Positions 28,378-41,335 of a DNA stretch of 64,000 nucleotides are shown in pieces (positions within the stretch are counted from its first letter, which is position 1; each line of letters begins with the position of its first letter). The DNA comes from the human T2T-CHM13v2.0 reference genome, Homo sapiens. The position numbers and the translations under genes are program-made. A model generated the notes under the pieces. It saw nothing but the letters and a program-made list of their open reading frames with translations. It searched no databases and had not been told where the DNA came from. The stretch is from NCBI RefSeq assembly GCF_009914755.1, contig NC_060931.1. One strand, written 5' to 3'.

Positions 28378-30745
28378 TGATATGGTTTGGCTGTGTCCCC
28401 ACCGAAATCTCATCTTGAATTATATTAGGTTGGTGCAAAAGTAATTGCGGTTTTTGCCATTGAAAGTGAAGGCCAAAACTGCAATTACTTTTGCACCAAC
28501 CTAATAATTCCCATAATCTCCACATGTTGTGGGAGCGACCTAGTGGGAGATAATTGAATCATCGAGATGGTTACTTCCATGCTGTTTTTGTGATAGTGGG
28601 TGAGTTCTCATGAGACCTGGTGGTTTTATAAGGAGCTTCTTCCCAATTTCGTTCTGCATTTCTTGCTGCCACCATGTGAAGAAGGATGTGTTTGATTCTT
28701 TTTCTGCCATGATTGTAAGTTTCCTGAGGCCTCCCCAGCCCTGCTGAATTTTGAGTCAGTTAAACCTCTTTCCTTTATAATTTGCCCATTTTCAGGTATG
28801 TTTCTATTAGTAGTGTGAGAATGGACTAAAACAGTAAATTGGTCATGGGAGGAGTGGGGTGCTGCTGTAAAGATATCCGAAAATGTGGAAGTGACTTTGG
28901 AACTGGGTAACAGGAAGAGGCTGGAAGAATTTGGAGGGCTCAGAGAAGTCAGAAGAATGTGAGAAAGTTTGGAACTTTCCAGAGACTTGTGGAATGGCTT
29001 TGACCAAATTGCTAATAGTGATATGGACAATGAAGTCCAAGCTGAGGTGGTCTCAGACGGAGATGAGGAACTGTTGGGAACTGGAGCAAAGATTACTCTT
29101 GCTAGCCAAAGAGACTGGCAGCATTTTGCCCCTGCTGTAGATACCTGTGGAAATTTGAACTTGAGAGAAATGATTTAATGTATCTGATGGAAAAAATTTC
29201 TAAGCAGCAAAACATTCAAGAGGAAGCAGAGAATGAAAGTTTGAAAAATTTGCAGCCTGATGATGCGATAAAAAAATAAAAATCCATTTTTTGGGGAGAA
29301 ATACAAGCCAGCAGCAGAAATTTGTATAAGTAACAAGGAGCTGAATGTTAATCACCAAGACAATGGGGAAAATGACTCCAGGGTATGTCACAGACCTTCA
29401 CAGCAGGCCCTACCATCACAGGCCAGGAGGCCTTGGAGGAAAAAATGGTTTCCTGGACTGGGCCCAGGGCCCACCTGCTGTGTGCAGCCTAGGGACTTGG
29501 GGCCTTGCATTCCAGCTGCTCCAGCTATGGCTAAAAGGGGCCAAGGTATGACTCGGGCCTTGGCTTCAGAGGGTGCAAGCCCGAAGCCTTGGCAGCTTCC
29601 ATGTGGTGTTGGTCCTGTGGGTACACAGAAGTCAAGAATTGAGATTTGGAAACCTCTGCCTGAATTTCAGAGAATGTATGGAAATGCCTGGATGTCCAGG
29701 CAGAAGTCTGCTGCAGAGCCAGAGCCCTCATGGAGAACCTCTGCTAGGGCAGTGGAGAAGGGAAAAGTGGGGTTAGAGCCCTTATACAGCACAGAGTCCC
29801 TACTGTGGCACAACCTAGTGGAGCTGCGAGAAGTGTGCCACCATCCTCCAGACCCCAGAATGGTAGGTCCATCAACAGCTTGCATCATGTGCCTGGAAAA
29901 GCCACAGACACTCAATGCTAGCTATGAAATCAGCCAGGAGGGAAGCTGTATTCTGCAAGCTACAGGGGTGGAGATTCCCAAGGCTCTGTGAGTCCACCTC
30001 TTGCATCAGTATGACCTGGATGTGAGACATGGAGTCAAAGGAGATCATTTTTGAATTTTGAGGTTTAATGACTGCCCTATTGGATACAAACTTGCACGGG
30101 CCCTGTAGCTCCTTTGTTTTGGCCAATTTCTTCTATTTGGAAGACGTGTTTTTACCCAATGCCTGTACCCCCGTTGTATCTAGGAAGTGACTCAGTTGCT
30201 TTTGATTTTATAGGCTCATAAGCAAAAGGGACTTGCCTTGTCTCAGATGAGACTTTGGACTTGGACTTTTGAGTTAATGCTGGAATGAGTTAAGACTTTG
30301 GGGGACTGTTGGGAAGGCATGGTTGTGTTTTGAAATGTGAGGATATGAGATTTGGGAGAGCTGGGGGCAGAATGACATGGTTTGGCTATGTCACCACCCA
30401 AATCTCATCTTGAATTGTAGTTTCCATAATCCCCACATGTCATGGGAGGGACCTGGTGGGAGGTAACTGAATCATGGTGGCAGGTACCTCCATGCTGTTC
30501 TCATGATAGTGAGTTCTCAAAAGATCTGATGGTTTAATAAGGGGCTTTTCTTCCTCTTTGCTCTGCACTTCTCCTTACTGCTGCCATGTGAAGAAGGGCA
30601 TGTTTGCTTCTCCTTCTGCCATGATTGTAAGTTTCCTGAGGGTTCCCTAGCCAGGCTGAACTGTGAGTCCATTAAATCTCTTTCCTTTATAAATTACACA
30701 GTCTCAGGTATGTCTTTATTAGTAGTGTGACAATGGACTAATACA
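28378..30745 (+). mobile_element. Full-length THE1C (ERVL-MaLR): 5' LTR 28378-28833, internal 28834-30372, 3' LTR 30373-30745
   Basis: Both LTRs begin tga(t/c)atggtttggct and end ggactaa(a/t)aca. THE1 internal sequence lies between them (gtaaattggt...gactttggaactgggtaacagg...). Degenerate 5-bp TSD tacgt/tacac. Confidence 0.93.
28425..28504. mobile_element. MADE1 MITE (80 bp, Hsmar1 derivative) inserted in the THE1C 5' LTR
   Basis: ttaggttggtgcaaaagtaattgcggtttttgcc...ggccaaaactgcaattacttttgcaccaacctaa, flanked by a TA duplication; absent from the 3' LTR. Confidence 0.97.
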
Positions 30746-31875
30746 TACACATTTAGAACATATTTCATCTGAACCTTACCATAAATTCCTAAAGGTAGTG
30801 TGAACGGGTCAACGGGCTCACAGAATTTAAGGTGTTTTTTTTCTTTTTTAATATCCTGCTTAATTTGCCCTTGAGCAAGTTTGAACTAATTTAATTTGTC
30901 ATAGCAGTGTATTAGAGGGAAGTGTTGGCTGTTGTGTATAGAATCTGGAAATAATTCTAATGTGAAGCAGATCTATTTAAATCTAGCTACAATAATCACA
31001 TGCTTCAGTAAAAATGTCACATTAATTCAGATTTCATATCACCGTGAATTAATTAAAGAGACATCAGTATTAGTAAATTTTCTGACTTACTTGCATTGTA
31101 GTAGAGTGATTACTGAACACCCTGTTCTTAAAGATAAAAGACTGACGAAGAAAATTGCTTTGAAGCAGAAAGAGAACAGGATTCAGAGTTAAAAGACCTG
31201 TGCAAGTGGGGCAAATACATTCCTTGGAACTTATTGTTATTTTATCTGTAAATAAAGATGACAGATTGAGCAATCTCAAGGCTTTTCCAGTTCTAAAACA
31301 TTCCCTGTATGCTATATTGCAGTCTCCATTAAGCTAATACCCACGACCTGTTTTCTTGTTTTTTTTTCATAGAACCTAGTGCATAAACTAACTTGCAAAA
31401 CAGTCATTTTTATGTGCTACACGCTCCACATTACAATCTATTTTTAAATGAGCATGCTAGGCTGCTTATTAATCAGATTTCATTTCATAGGATTGTACAA
31501 ATAAAATGATAATTGATTTTCCAGTATTAATTACTCTGTAGCTCTTGGCAGATGGAATCATTCTTCCAGTTGCTTGATTTTTTAGAAGGTAAAGAGAAAC
31601 TAGAAGGTAAAGGTAAACTAGTTAATTGAGGTCTCATGCAAAGTTTACTAACAGAAAAACATACCTAAACTAAGAAACGATTGGTTTTATTCAGTTAGAA
31701 GGGAGAGGTGAAGAGGGAGTTGACTTGTAACCTTGACCCTTATAGATAACCAAGCATTTTAAATGTAGCTTTTAGCACATTTTTGTGACTTTTAAGTATA
31801 AGTTACATAGTAGAAAGAGAAAATATTTCTTTTTATTTTTATGCCAATTGCTTAAATTAATCAAAATAAATTATG

Positions 31876-32175
31876 TGCCAGGCACAGTGGCTCACACCTG
31901 TAATCCCAGCATTTTGGGAGGCTGAGGTGGGCAGAAAGCCTGAGGTCAGGAGTTCGAGATCAACCTGGCCAACATGGTGAAACCCCACCTCTACTAAAAC
32001 TACACAAATTAGCTAGGCGTGGTGGCACATGCCTGTAGTCCAAGCTACTCAGGAGGTTGAGTCAGGAGAATTGCTTGAACATGGGAGGGAGAGGTTGCAG
32101 TGAGCCAAGATCGTGCCACTGCTCTCCAGCCTGGGAGACAGAGTGAGACTCCATCTCAAAAATAAATAAATAAAA
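31876..32175 (+). mobile_element. AluS, full length
   Basis: gccaggcacagtggctcacacctgtaatcccagc...gagtgagactccatctcaaaaataaataaataaaa. Confidence 0.95.
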
Positions 32176-32253
32176 TATGAAAAGTTTGTCATCTTTATTT
32201 AAGACACATAGTTGCCCTGTTTTAACATTATTCTATTTTTAATTGTAAAAGCA

Positions 32254-32530
32254 GGTGGAGAGGGGTGGGGTTCATGCCTGTAATCCCAGAACTTTGGGAG
32301 GCCAAGGCTGGCAAATTGCTTGAGCCGAGGAGTTCAAGACCAGTCTGGGAAACATGGTGAAACCCGGTCTCTATAAAAAAATACAAAAATTAGCTGGGTC
32401 TGGTGGCACATGCCTATAGTCCCAACTACGCAGGAGGTTGAGGCTGAGGATGGCTTGAGCCCAGGAGTTTGAGGCTGCAGTGAGGCAAGATCATGCTACT
32501 GTATTCTAGCCTGGGCAACAGAAAAAAAAG
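32254..32530 (+). mobile_element. AluJ
   Basis: ttcatgcctgtaatcccag...ttgcttgagcc...ggcttgagcccaggagtttgaggctgcagtgag. Confidence 0.9.
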
Positions 32531-33009
32531 AATATGATTATAACCATCAATTAAGATTCAGCTAGTTTAAGCAAAATAATCAAAATATTAAAAAATAACA
32601 AAAGGTATAAAATAAAAAGTAAAGGCTCCCACAAATTCCAGAACTGAATATTTTATCCACTTCTGTTTTGTTTAACCATCTGTTTCTTGTCACAATATCT
32701 ATTTATTTCCTGCTATAAAAGGTGAGAAATATACATCCAACATACACAGAGAGATTCAAAATTTTACTGGTTATATTTCTGGTTTTAGTCTTCTGATTGG
32801 CACTTTATAACTGTAAATATTTTACTAAGAACTTTATTTGTTAATTCTTCAACTCCAGAGTATCTATTGTCTGTTCTCTACCAACTCTGCAAAAAATGGT
32901 TTGACCTAGCTTTTTCTTTCTCTCACCACTCTTTTTCCACCTTTTCTTAACTATACCTTTATTTTTACATTTGTATTCCTCCATGGAGATTCCTCTTCTT
33001 CTATATTTA

Positions 33010-33362
33010 ATTTTGTTGCTGGGTGCATGGCCAGTTAAGATGTAGAAATGGGGCATGGAAAGTATGGAAGTGATCTATGCTGATTCTATGTTGGGACACT
33101 TAAACAGTGATGTGCCTTCTGCATGCTTTCTCTGCCCTGCTTTTGCCAGCTGGGAAATGAGCGGGACCTAGACCCAGCCTAAAGCACATGATGAAAGTAA
33201 CATGAGTCTATAAATGACCCTGTGATGGAGAGCCACCCACAGATCTGGAAAATTCTCCAGCTGACTCTTTTGTGCAGGAAGGATATAAATGTCTTTGTTC
33301 TTTAAATCTAGGAATTTTTGGTCTCTGTGCTTTAGCATCTTCGCCCACCCTAAAAAACACAT
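33010..33362 (+). mobile_element. Old MaLR (MLT1I/J-type) LTR
   Basis: ggaagtgatctatgctgattct...atataaatgtctttgttctttaaatc...tttttggtctctgtgctttagc. Confidence 0.55.
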
Positions 33363-35030
33363 TTCCGTATTTTGCCTACTTTTTTATTCTACAGTTTCAA
33401 AACCACTTAGCACCATTTACAACAATAGGCATATAATAGTGTTATTTATTTCTTAACCAAATAGTGTGGCTGGCCCCTGAGAGAGCAGTTGTGATGCTAG
33501 GTTAATTCTATGCCACTTGGAGAATGTTCCAAGCATCAGGTAAATTCCATTTTCTTATTCTTATATTCAATCAGTAGCTCAACCCATGCTGTATTTTAGT
33601 TTGCATAGCATTTTGAGCATGATGTTCCACAGATTTTTTTTTTCACACTGCTTATGTGCCTTTCTTTATTCTTACTGAGGTGCTTACTATATGAACACTA
33701 GACCTTCCATACTTCTCATATTCTGCTCTATGTGCAAAATAGATCCAGGGTTTTATATTTAGATAATTAAGATCTTATTCACCCATATAAGTTGCCTTTT
33801 TAACATTCTTTATGCTGGCATCATAACGTAGTTTCTGAGAAGGCTTGCTATTCTTTGTTCCCACCTCAGCATACACTTACTTGCCTTTTTTTATGATGTA
33901 GCTCTAACAATAATACATAGAAATGCATTCTGCTTCCCAATGGTTTCTTTTCCTTGTTGTCATGTGTTTGTTCAGATTCATTTGTGTCACTTCTTATTTT
34001 GATGTTTCTCTTCCTGGCTGTTCATTTTCTTCAAATATCTTGTGATTCTTGATTAAACATTCCAACTTGATGGCAATAAGTACCTATGGTTGATTTCTTT
34101 CACAGTTTTGTAAGTCTATTTAACCATAAAAGCCTGGTTCTATCAAAAGGTAACGTTTCCCTTAAGATGTGTGGTTGAGCAAGGGGCCGACTAACTCACA
34201 GCCTTCAAAAATAACAAGGGTGGAGGGCAATATACTGGTATAAAGTGCTTTTGTGTATTTCACTCCTACATGGGATTTGCTTTATTCTGCTTATCTTTCA
34301 ATTCAGTATTCACATTCTGGGTCCTCCATAAGTACACTTTGATTTTCAATTAGAAATTAGTATTCTTTACACCAGCTGAATGCAAATACTACACATCCAA
34401 CATCTTTGAGTATATTAGAAGAGAAGAAACTGCTGCAACTCACTCACCATTATCTCTTCTACTAACTATTCTGGTTGCCTCCCGACAGCTCTCCTCACCT
34501 GCTAATATTCTGTCTCAAGCCAGTGGTTTCTATATTCATTTTCTCTTAATCACAATTTTTCCTTGGTTTTCCTTTCTTTGCTCTGGGCTGTCAATTAAGT
34601 CACATTTACTTTGCAGTTGTAATAGAAATTACTCAGAGACTTGTTCTTAATCAGGAAATTTGAGCTTGTCTGTCTTTATTCAAACAAACTATTCTACTTG
34701 AAAACTATGTAGTTATTTTTACGCACCATTCTTATATGTAATATTTGTATTATAACATATAACTCTGGGCTTATCCTCATTACTGTACCCTAAGATAATA
34801 TATTTCACAAGTTTATATCCTTACAATCCTTTTGAATAATGCAGTTTTTGTGTAAGGCCATAACCAGCTAAATCAGAAAATGGTATTTTCTTTCCTCTCT
34901 CCATCCTTCTTTTTCTTCTTTCCTTCCTTCCAGGAAGACACAGAGTTTTGCCATCTTTAATCCCTAGTATTTAGCACAATATCTGGCCAAAAGTAGAAAG
35001 CATTTTTTTAAAAAAAATAATTGATGGAAT

Positions 35031-35330
35031 TATTTTATTTCATTTGAGACAGAATCTTGTTGTCTCTCCCAGGCTGAAGTGCAGTGGTGAGATCTCGGCT
35101 CACTGCAACCTCTCCCTCTCAGGCTCAAGCAATTCTCATGCCTCAGTCTCCTGACTAACTGGGACTATAGGCCTGTGCCACCAAACTCAGGCAACTTTTT
35201 GTATTTTCAGTACAGAATGGGTTTTGCCTTGTTGTCCAGGCTGGTCTTGAACTCCTGGCCTCAAGTGATCTGCTCTCCTCAGCCTCTCAAAGTGCTGGGA
35301 TTACAGGTGTGAGCCACTGTGCCCCCGGCC
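35031..35330 (-). mobile_element. AluJ, full length
   Basis: tttgagacagaatcttg...caggctcaagcaattctc...aactcctggcctcaagtgatc...gagccactgtgcccccggcc. Confidence 0.92.
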
Positions 35331-35469
35331 TGAATTTTTAAATGAATGAGTTAAGTAATGAATACTATGATTGCACTATACTTAGACTTTAATATTTTGT
35401 TTCTTCAACCTTGGAAAAAAAACTTTCACCCTCTAACTGGGTATATCTCATTTGTGATAATTTTATTTT

Positions 35470-35810
35470 TTTCAAGAATATTTATTCAGTGCCTACTCTG
35501 TCCTTTGCTCTAGGCATGTGGAATAAAAGCATAAGAAACCAAAAGAAATATTAACTTCTTGGAAAAATTCATGGCGAAGGGATCAGAGGAAAAAGAAGAC
35601 AAATATTACACCAATAATGATAAAATTGTAATAGAGAATTACAGGTGATGAAGGAGAGAGTGAATTAAACAGGGGGGTTGGAGAATGTCCTTCTGAAGAA
35701 GTGACAATTCAGCAAAGATCTAGATGAGAAAGCCCCATAGAAGATGGGAAAGTCTATTCGAGGTTAGTGTAAAGGCAAAGTGGAAGAGTAAGGAGGCTGG
35801 TGTGATTGTA
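35470..35810 (-). mobile_element. LINE-2 fragment
   Basis: ttcaagaatatttattcagtgcctactctgt...ccttctgaagaagtgacaatt. Confidence 0.6.
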
Positions 35811-35831
35811 CCTCAGTTTGCTCACATGATT

Positions 35832-35995
35832 ATATATATATATATATTTTTAAGACAGATGCGGTCTTGTTCTGTGGCCCAGGCTGGAGTGCAGTGATGA
35901 TCATAGCTCCCTTCTGCCTCGAAATTCTGGGCTCAAGAAATCCCCCAGCCTCAGCCTCCCAAGTCACTGGGATTACAGATGTGAGCCTGTCTGGC
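35832..35995 (-). mobile_element. FLAM/Alu monomer with (TA)n tail
   Basis: ggtcttgttctgtggcccaggctggagtgcagtg...cctcagcctcccaagtcactgggattacagatgtgagcc. Confidence 0.85.
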
Positions 35996-37370
35996 TCACA
36001 TATCTGGCTATGTGAACATATTATTTTATACTATTCTCTGTAAGAGTTTATGAACTTTGCCTTTCTTAACTTTCCATTTGGCTATTATCTAAGTCTTCCA
36101 TAAGTTTTTTGAAGGCTCGATCATTTCAATCCTTTTCACCATCCCTGGTAAGTAATAAACATATAGTAACAAGATTAAATATTACTTGAAATAATGAATA
36201 AAAGAGCTGATTGTCAACCTGATCAAATTACGTGAATTTTAGGCACATCTACAGGATATGGTTATTCAAAATATGGCTCATTCTTATACCAAAGAGAATA
36301 CATTAAGCAAGAATTTCAAAACTCGGATTCACTTGTCACACCGCATAAATGAAAGAGGAAGAAATATGTACTCCTGAATTACTGATCACAAGATATTTCA
36401 AAGATTTTTGAAGGTTTTGAAACACTTGCAAGTATGAATGTGGAATAAAGTTAATTTGCCTTCCCACTGCAACTTGCCCTTATACCTGAATTTCCTCTCA
36501 CTTATTGAAGCCATTTCATCCTGCTTTCGCTGCCTGATTTTGCTGTTTGACATTAGGCAATTAATGGAGTGGTTATGTATGGTCATTTCTATCTCAATAA
36601 ATTCTGCTCATTATAAAACTCCAATACAAGAATTATTATTGACATTGACAAGTGCAAATATTTTGGCCTTCCTTTTGTCATCATTAAATTTGGCAATTAC
36701 CTTTCTCCACAGACTGTACATTTATAAAGAAAGGGAAAAAGTAAATACCAAGGATGTTTAGTGCAATTTATTTTCAGATGACAGAACAGGCCTTCATAGA
36801 TTCAATGCTTTCCTGATGGCTTCTAAAGTAGAGAATGAAAGAGATGGGATCTTTTTCATAGTAAGTAATTACTTTTATTATAGAGTATTTCACACACATA
36901 AAAGAATAAGCACAAAAATGATCCCTTGTTAAATTTCTGTTAAATACTTAAAATTGATTTGAGGAAATTTTCTTGTTTTCCTGGTTTACAAAGAATTACA
37001 AGAATCATAAATATTCAATATTGAATTTTGAATCATAAATATAATGTTGAGTTTTACTGAATGCTTTTAATTTTTTAAACATGAATCTTTTAATGTAAAT
37101 TGTGATTCCTGCATTCTTGAAGTAAATATAATTAGATTATGATATATATTGCCTTTTTTTTTACTACAATCTACTGATGTATCCTTTTCAGCTGAAGCTC
37201 TTTTTTGTTCTTTTACTTTACTGCTCTGTGTGTTCTATCGTCTAAGCTTTTCTTTGGTTATACTAGAGAGAACAACATACATTCTTATGTTATTAAAGTC
37301 TAGTTTTAATCATATCAGAACAATATAAACACCTTTTTGACCATGTTCACCATCCGTCCAAATTATATGC

Positions 37371-37679
37371 TTTTTTTTTTTTTTTTTTGAGCTGGAGTCT
37401 CACTCTGTAGCCCAGGCTGGAAGGCAGTGGTTCGATCTTGGCTCAATGCAGCCTCTGCCTCCCAGTTTCCCAGGTTCAAGCGATTCTCCCACCTCAGCCT
37501 CCCCAGTAGCTGGGTATAGGTGCACACCACCATGCCCAGTTAATTCTATATTTTTAGTAGAGATGTGGTTTTGTTTGTTATGTTGGCCAGATTAGTCTCG
37601 ACCTCCTGGCCTCAAGCAATCTGCCCACCTCAGCCTCCCAAAGTGCTGAGATTACAGGTGTGAGCTGCCGCACCCAGTT
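37371..37679 (-). mobile_element. Alu (J/S), full length
   Basis: Poly-T, dimeric body, TSD ttatatgct on both sides. Confidence 0.93.
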
Positions 37680-39141
37680 TATATGCTATTTTTGATTAGG
37701 ATTTTTGTTATCTATTTTTTAGTCATTGTTAGAAATTATTACAATTACTTATGCACCTAAGATCTGTTTAATTTTGTTTGCCCCAGGGCAACCTGGCTTC
37801 ATTATTTTACCTCCTGTGTCAACTGCTGTTTTTTTTTTTAATGTTTTTTTGGCCTTTGGGAATTTTTTATACTTCTTGTGATCCCAACAATATATTCTAT
37901 GTGTATTTGTTGCTGAAATACTTTTCAATATGTCTAGTCTGCCACACTACTGGTCTCTCATTCTTTTATGATAGCACAGCTATTATAAACTAAGGTTATG
38001 TATGTATCACAGTAACTTGTCCATTATCTCTGTCAACTGTGAGATGGAGGTCACAACGTGCTTTCTATAAAGAAAGGGCAATAAAGAGTCAACTAAATAT
38101 CATGAACAATTTTATCTGTATTTTTCATTTCCCCTTGACATTTTACACTTATTTTATCACATGACTTTCAAAGTCTCGGAAAAAATATAAAGAAAAAGTA
38201 ATGTTATATAAAATATGGCACTTTAAAGGTTTATAAATAACAAATAGGCATTTTAAAATTCTTTTCAAGTATCTTATTATAAGTATTTTGTAAAAAGTAT
38301 AGAAAACGGCAGGCAAACTCACTAGCTCATTAAAATAGCTTCAGTGTCATTTTCTAATCTTCTTGCCTTGTCATTTGATTTACTTTGGCTCTTAATATCT
38401 ATTCACTTATAGATTAGTTCATCAAAATCATATGTATACATGTATGTATATACATGTATATGTATATAATTTTGTGCACACATGGCATAAACCTCAAACG
38501 TCATGACTAAATTAAATTAAATTAAATTATATCCATTCACTGCTGTACTTTTGTCTGCAGAACTGAAAGAGACAGAGGATTCCTTAGAACCGAATTAAAA
38601 ATTCAAGACCACCTGCATCAAAAACATGTGGGAGAAAGCACATAACTGGAAAAGCATGTCACAGAGAACTGTAAGCCTGCTCTGCCAAGCTGAAATTCTA
38701 AAATAGAAAATTAAATATTGAAACATAACCTTGAAATACACAGCCATTGTACATTCAAAAGCCATGAGAGCCATTATTTCTGAAACACCACGTGAAATTA
38801 ACCATTTATTTTACACTCCAAAATATAGACTACATCAAATTTATCTGAATACTATTAGAAAGTACAATTTTCAGACATTAAAGGAAGAAGTTTTTCTTTT
38901 TTTTTTTTTGCAAGAGCTGTAAGATCTACGGATAAAGAAAGTCATCTTTCAAGTTTTTATTCCATAAGCTTAAAGAATTATTTACAGAATAGTTTTTATA
39001 TTCCTTGGCAGAAAATCCTTTTTGAAAGTCATCCATCTTTCCTTTTTTTCGTCTTCATGACATTTGCAAGCAATTGTACAGAGATTTCCTGTGTCACAAA
39101 CTTCATAGGAATCAAAGATTAGAAAAATTTCCAGGAACATG

Positions 39142-39142
39142 T

Positions 39143-39172
<30 letters not shown>
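39142..39172. repeat. (CA)n microsatellite
   Basis: Seen directly. Confidence 0.9.
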
Positions 39173-39174
<2 letters not shown>

Positions 39175-39428
39175 CCTTAAGATATTATATTCTAGTATGT
39201 AGTGGCTAGTTTCCTACGAACTTGGATATCTACAAATAACTAATTTCTAACTAATCCTAACTGGTTATAATCGGTTGAATGTGTGCATGTTTGTGTGTGT
39301 GTTTATATTTTACCAATCAGGTTGTAATGTCTTTGGAACATTTTTGCCATTCCTCCATATTTAAACTGAAAATACCTAAAGACCATGTCAATTACTTCCC
39401 AAAACAGACTGATCAACTCCTGTAAAAT

Positions 39429-40188
39429 TGATGGCAGCTGTGGCCCATCTGGAGTGGCTGCTGCAAAAGAGCTGGCTGCAGTGGGGAGGCATGGCCAGGG
39501 CTGTGTATTCCCTGGAGCCGGGGGGAACCAGGAACAGGCGGAAGGCCTGTCCCCTTAAGAGTTGGTGGGCCAGGAGCCCTGCACTCCCAGGCACAGCTGC
39601 GGACACTGTGCTCAGAAGTACCTGCTCTCACTGCCTGGCTTCTCCTCGCTCCTGGCACCCACTGTGATTTCCGAGCAAAGTTGTGGCTGAGCCTGTGTCA
39701 CAACCTGGCCAGATGTGCATGCACTTGGGGTGACACTGACACATCAGCCCCCTGTCACCTCAGCCCCCTCCAGATTTTGGGTGCCAATGAGCACGGCAGG
39801 GAAGCCAAGGGGCCACTGAGGATGGCTCGGCATAGGCCCGCAGGTGCCCCTTTGCATGAACAGCTAAAAACCCGAGACTCAGTCAGACTCAGGCAGATGA
39901 CGGGGTGACTGCCTGTGGAGAAGAACTACCCACTGTGGATCTCCTCTCCACTGAGAGCTGCAAATATCAGGATGATCTGACTGTGGAGAGGAGCTATCCA
40001 CTGTAAGTCTCTTCTTAGCTGAGAGTTGAGCAGATTTTGGGACAACCTGCCAGTAGATAGGAGCTACCCCGTTTGGGTGTCCTGAGAGCTGTACTGTCAC
40101 TCAATAGAGCACCTCTTCACCTTACTCACCCTCCAGTTATCTGCACACCTCATTCTTCCCAGATACGGGCCAAGAACTCAGGACCAGC
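39429..40188 (+). mobile_element. MER52-family ERV1 LTR (internally deleted, 3'-truncated)
   Basis: Starts tgatggcagctgtggcccatctggagtggctgctgc; GC-rich; three gagctacccactgt-like repeats; ctgtcactcaatagagcacctcttcacc. Confidence 0.8.
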
Positions 40189-41335
40189 TTAAGCAACAAC
40201 AGTAGGACACAATTTTATAGCGGAGTGTGGGGGCAGAAGATGTACCATTTTAATTTTTTATATATTAGCAATTTATTAAAAATTAATTAGCATTTCACAA
40301 GCAATGCAATTATTTAGAAATAAAGCTAAGTTCAGAGTCCTACTTATTACACAGAAATCTGCAAGAGAATGTCACCCCTATCAAACAGAATAAAAAGCCT
40401 TTTAATCTAAAACACTATGTATCTTTTATGTTAATTCCATAAGTTAGCTGAGACTTCAAAGCAATATGGTGAAATTAATTCCAGAGAGTGACAAGATCCT
40501 TGAAGGACACATGCATTGTTTCACCACTGACAGAGGCCAAGAAGAAAGGGTGATAGACGTAGAGATGCATAAAAAGAAAACAACAGATACATTTTTAAAA
40601 TTCTTAAAGGTGAAGTGTGGTCGGGGTAACAGTTTAGTCTGGAGAACTAAGAGTCACCAGCTCTTCTCCACCCCTCTCTGAAGGTGCTGACAAGAAATAA
40701 TGTGGGCAGGCAAGTGATTGAGAGGCCTCCCTCCTCCAGGTGACGTGAGCATACCCCCAGTGATTGGCTTTTGCTGGGAATCAAATACAAATTTTGCATA
40801 GATTCTTCACACAGAGCAAAGCTGTCTGTTGCTGGAGAAGGGACAGGAAAACCTCTCCTGCCTGCATCCTGCAATGAAACAAAGCAGTTTTCTGCTGCTA
40901 GCAAAGAGGAGGAAACTCCCTCTCACCCAAGATCCACCACCATCAGCATTTGACTGCCTTTGAGGCAGAGGCACATAGGGCCTGGCCAAGGGCCTGGCTA
41001 AGACTGAGGTTATGACAGGAGAGTAAAGACAAGGCCCGGGCCCCTTGCAGCATCCCATTGAGTAACAAGCCACAGCAAGGTGGCTGTTGGGAAAGGGTAT
41101 CCTCTGGTACCTTTATCCCAGACAAAACCTTCTTGCTATTGAAGGATGGGCACAAATAGCTCTAATGCCCATGGCATTGCCCTGATACAAAACAGATCTG
41201 TTTGCGTCTGGAGAAGGATCAGGAACACAGAAAGAGCCCCATCCCTGAAGCTCAGGTGTACAGAATCTTTCTAAGCCTGAGGATGCAGCAGAAGATCTGA
41301 AAGCTTCCACCACCACCTCAAAATCCACCAAAGCC

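Noticed and set aside
29482-29991. 169-aa ORF, the longest in the track
   Set aside because: Decayed THE1 internal sequence; no recognisable host-gene domain or splice context.
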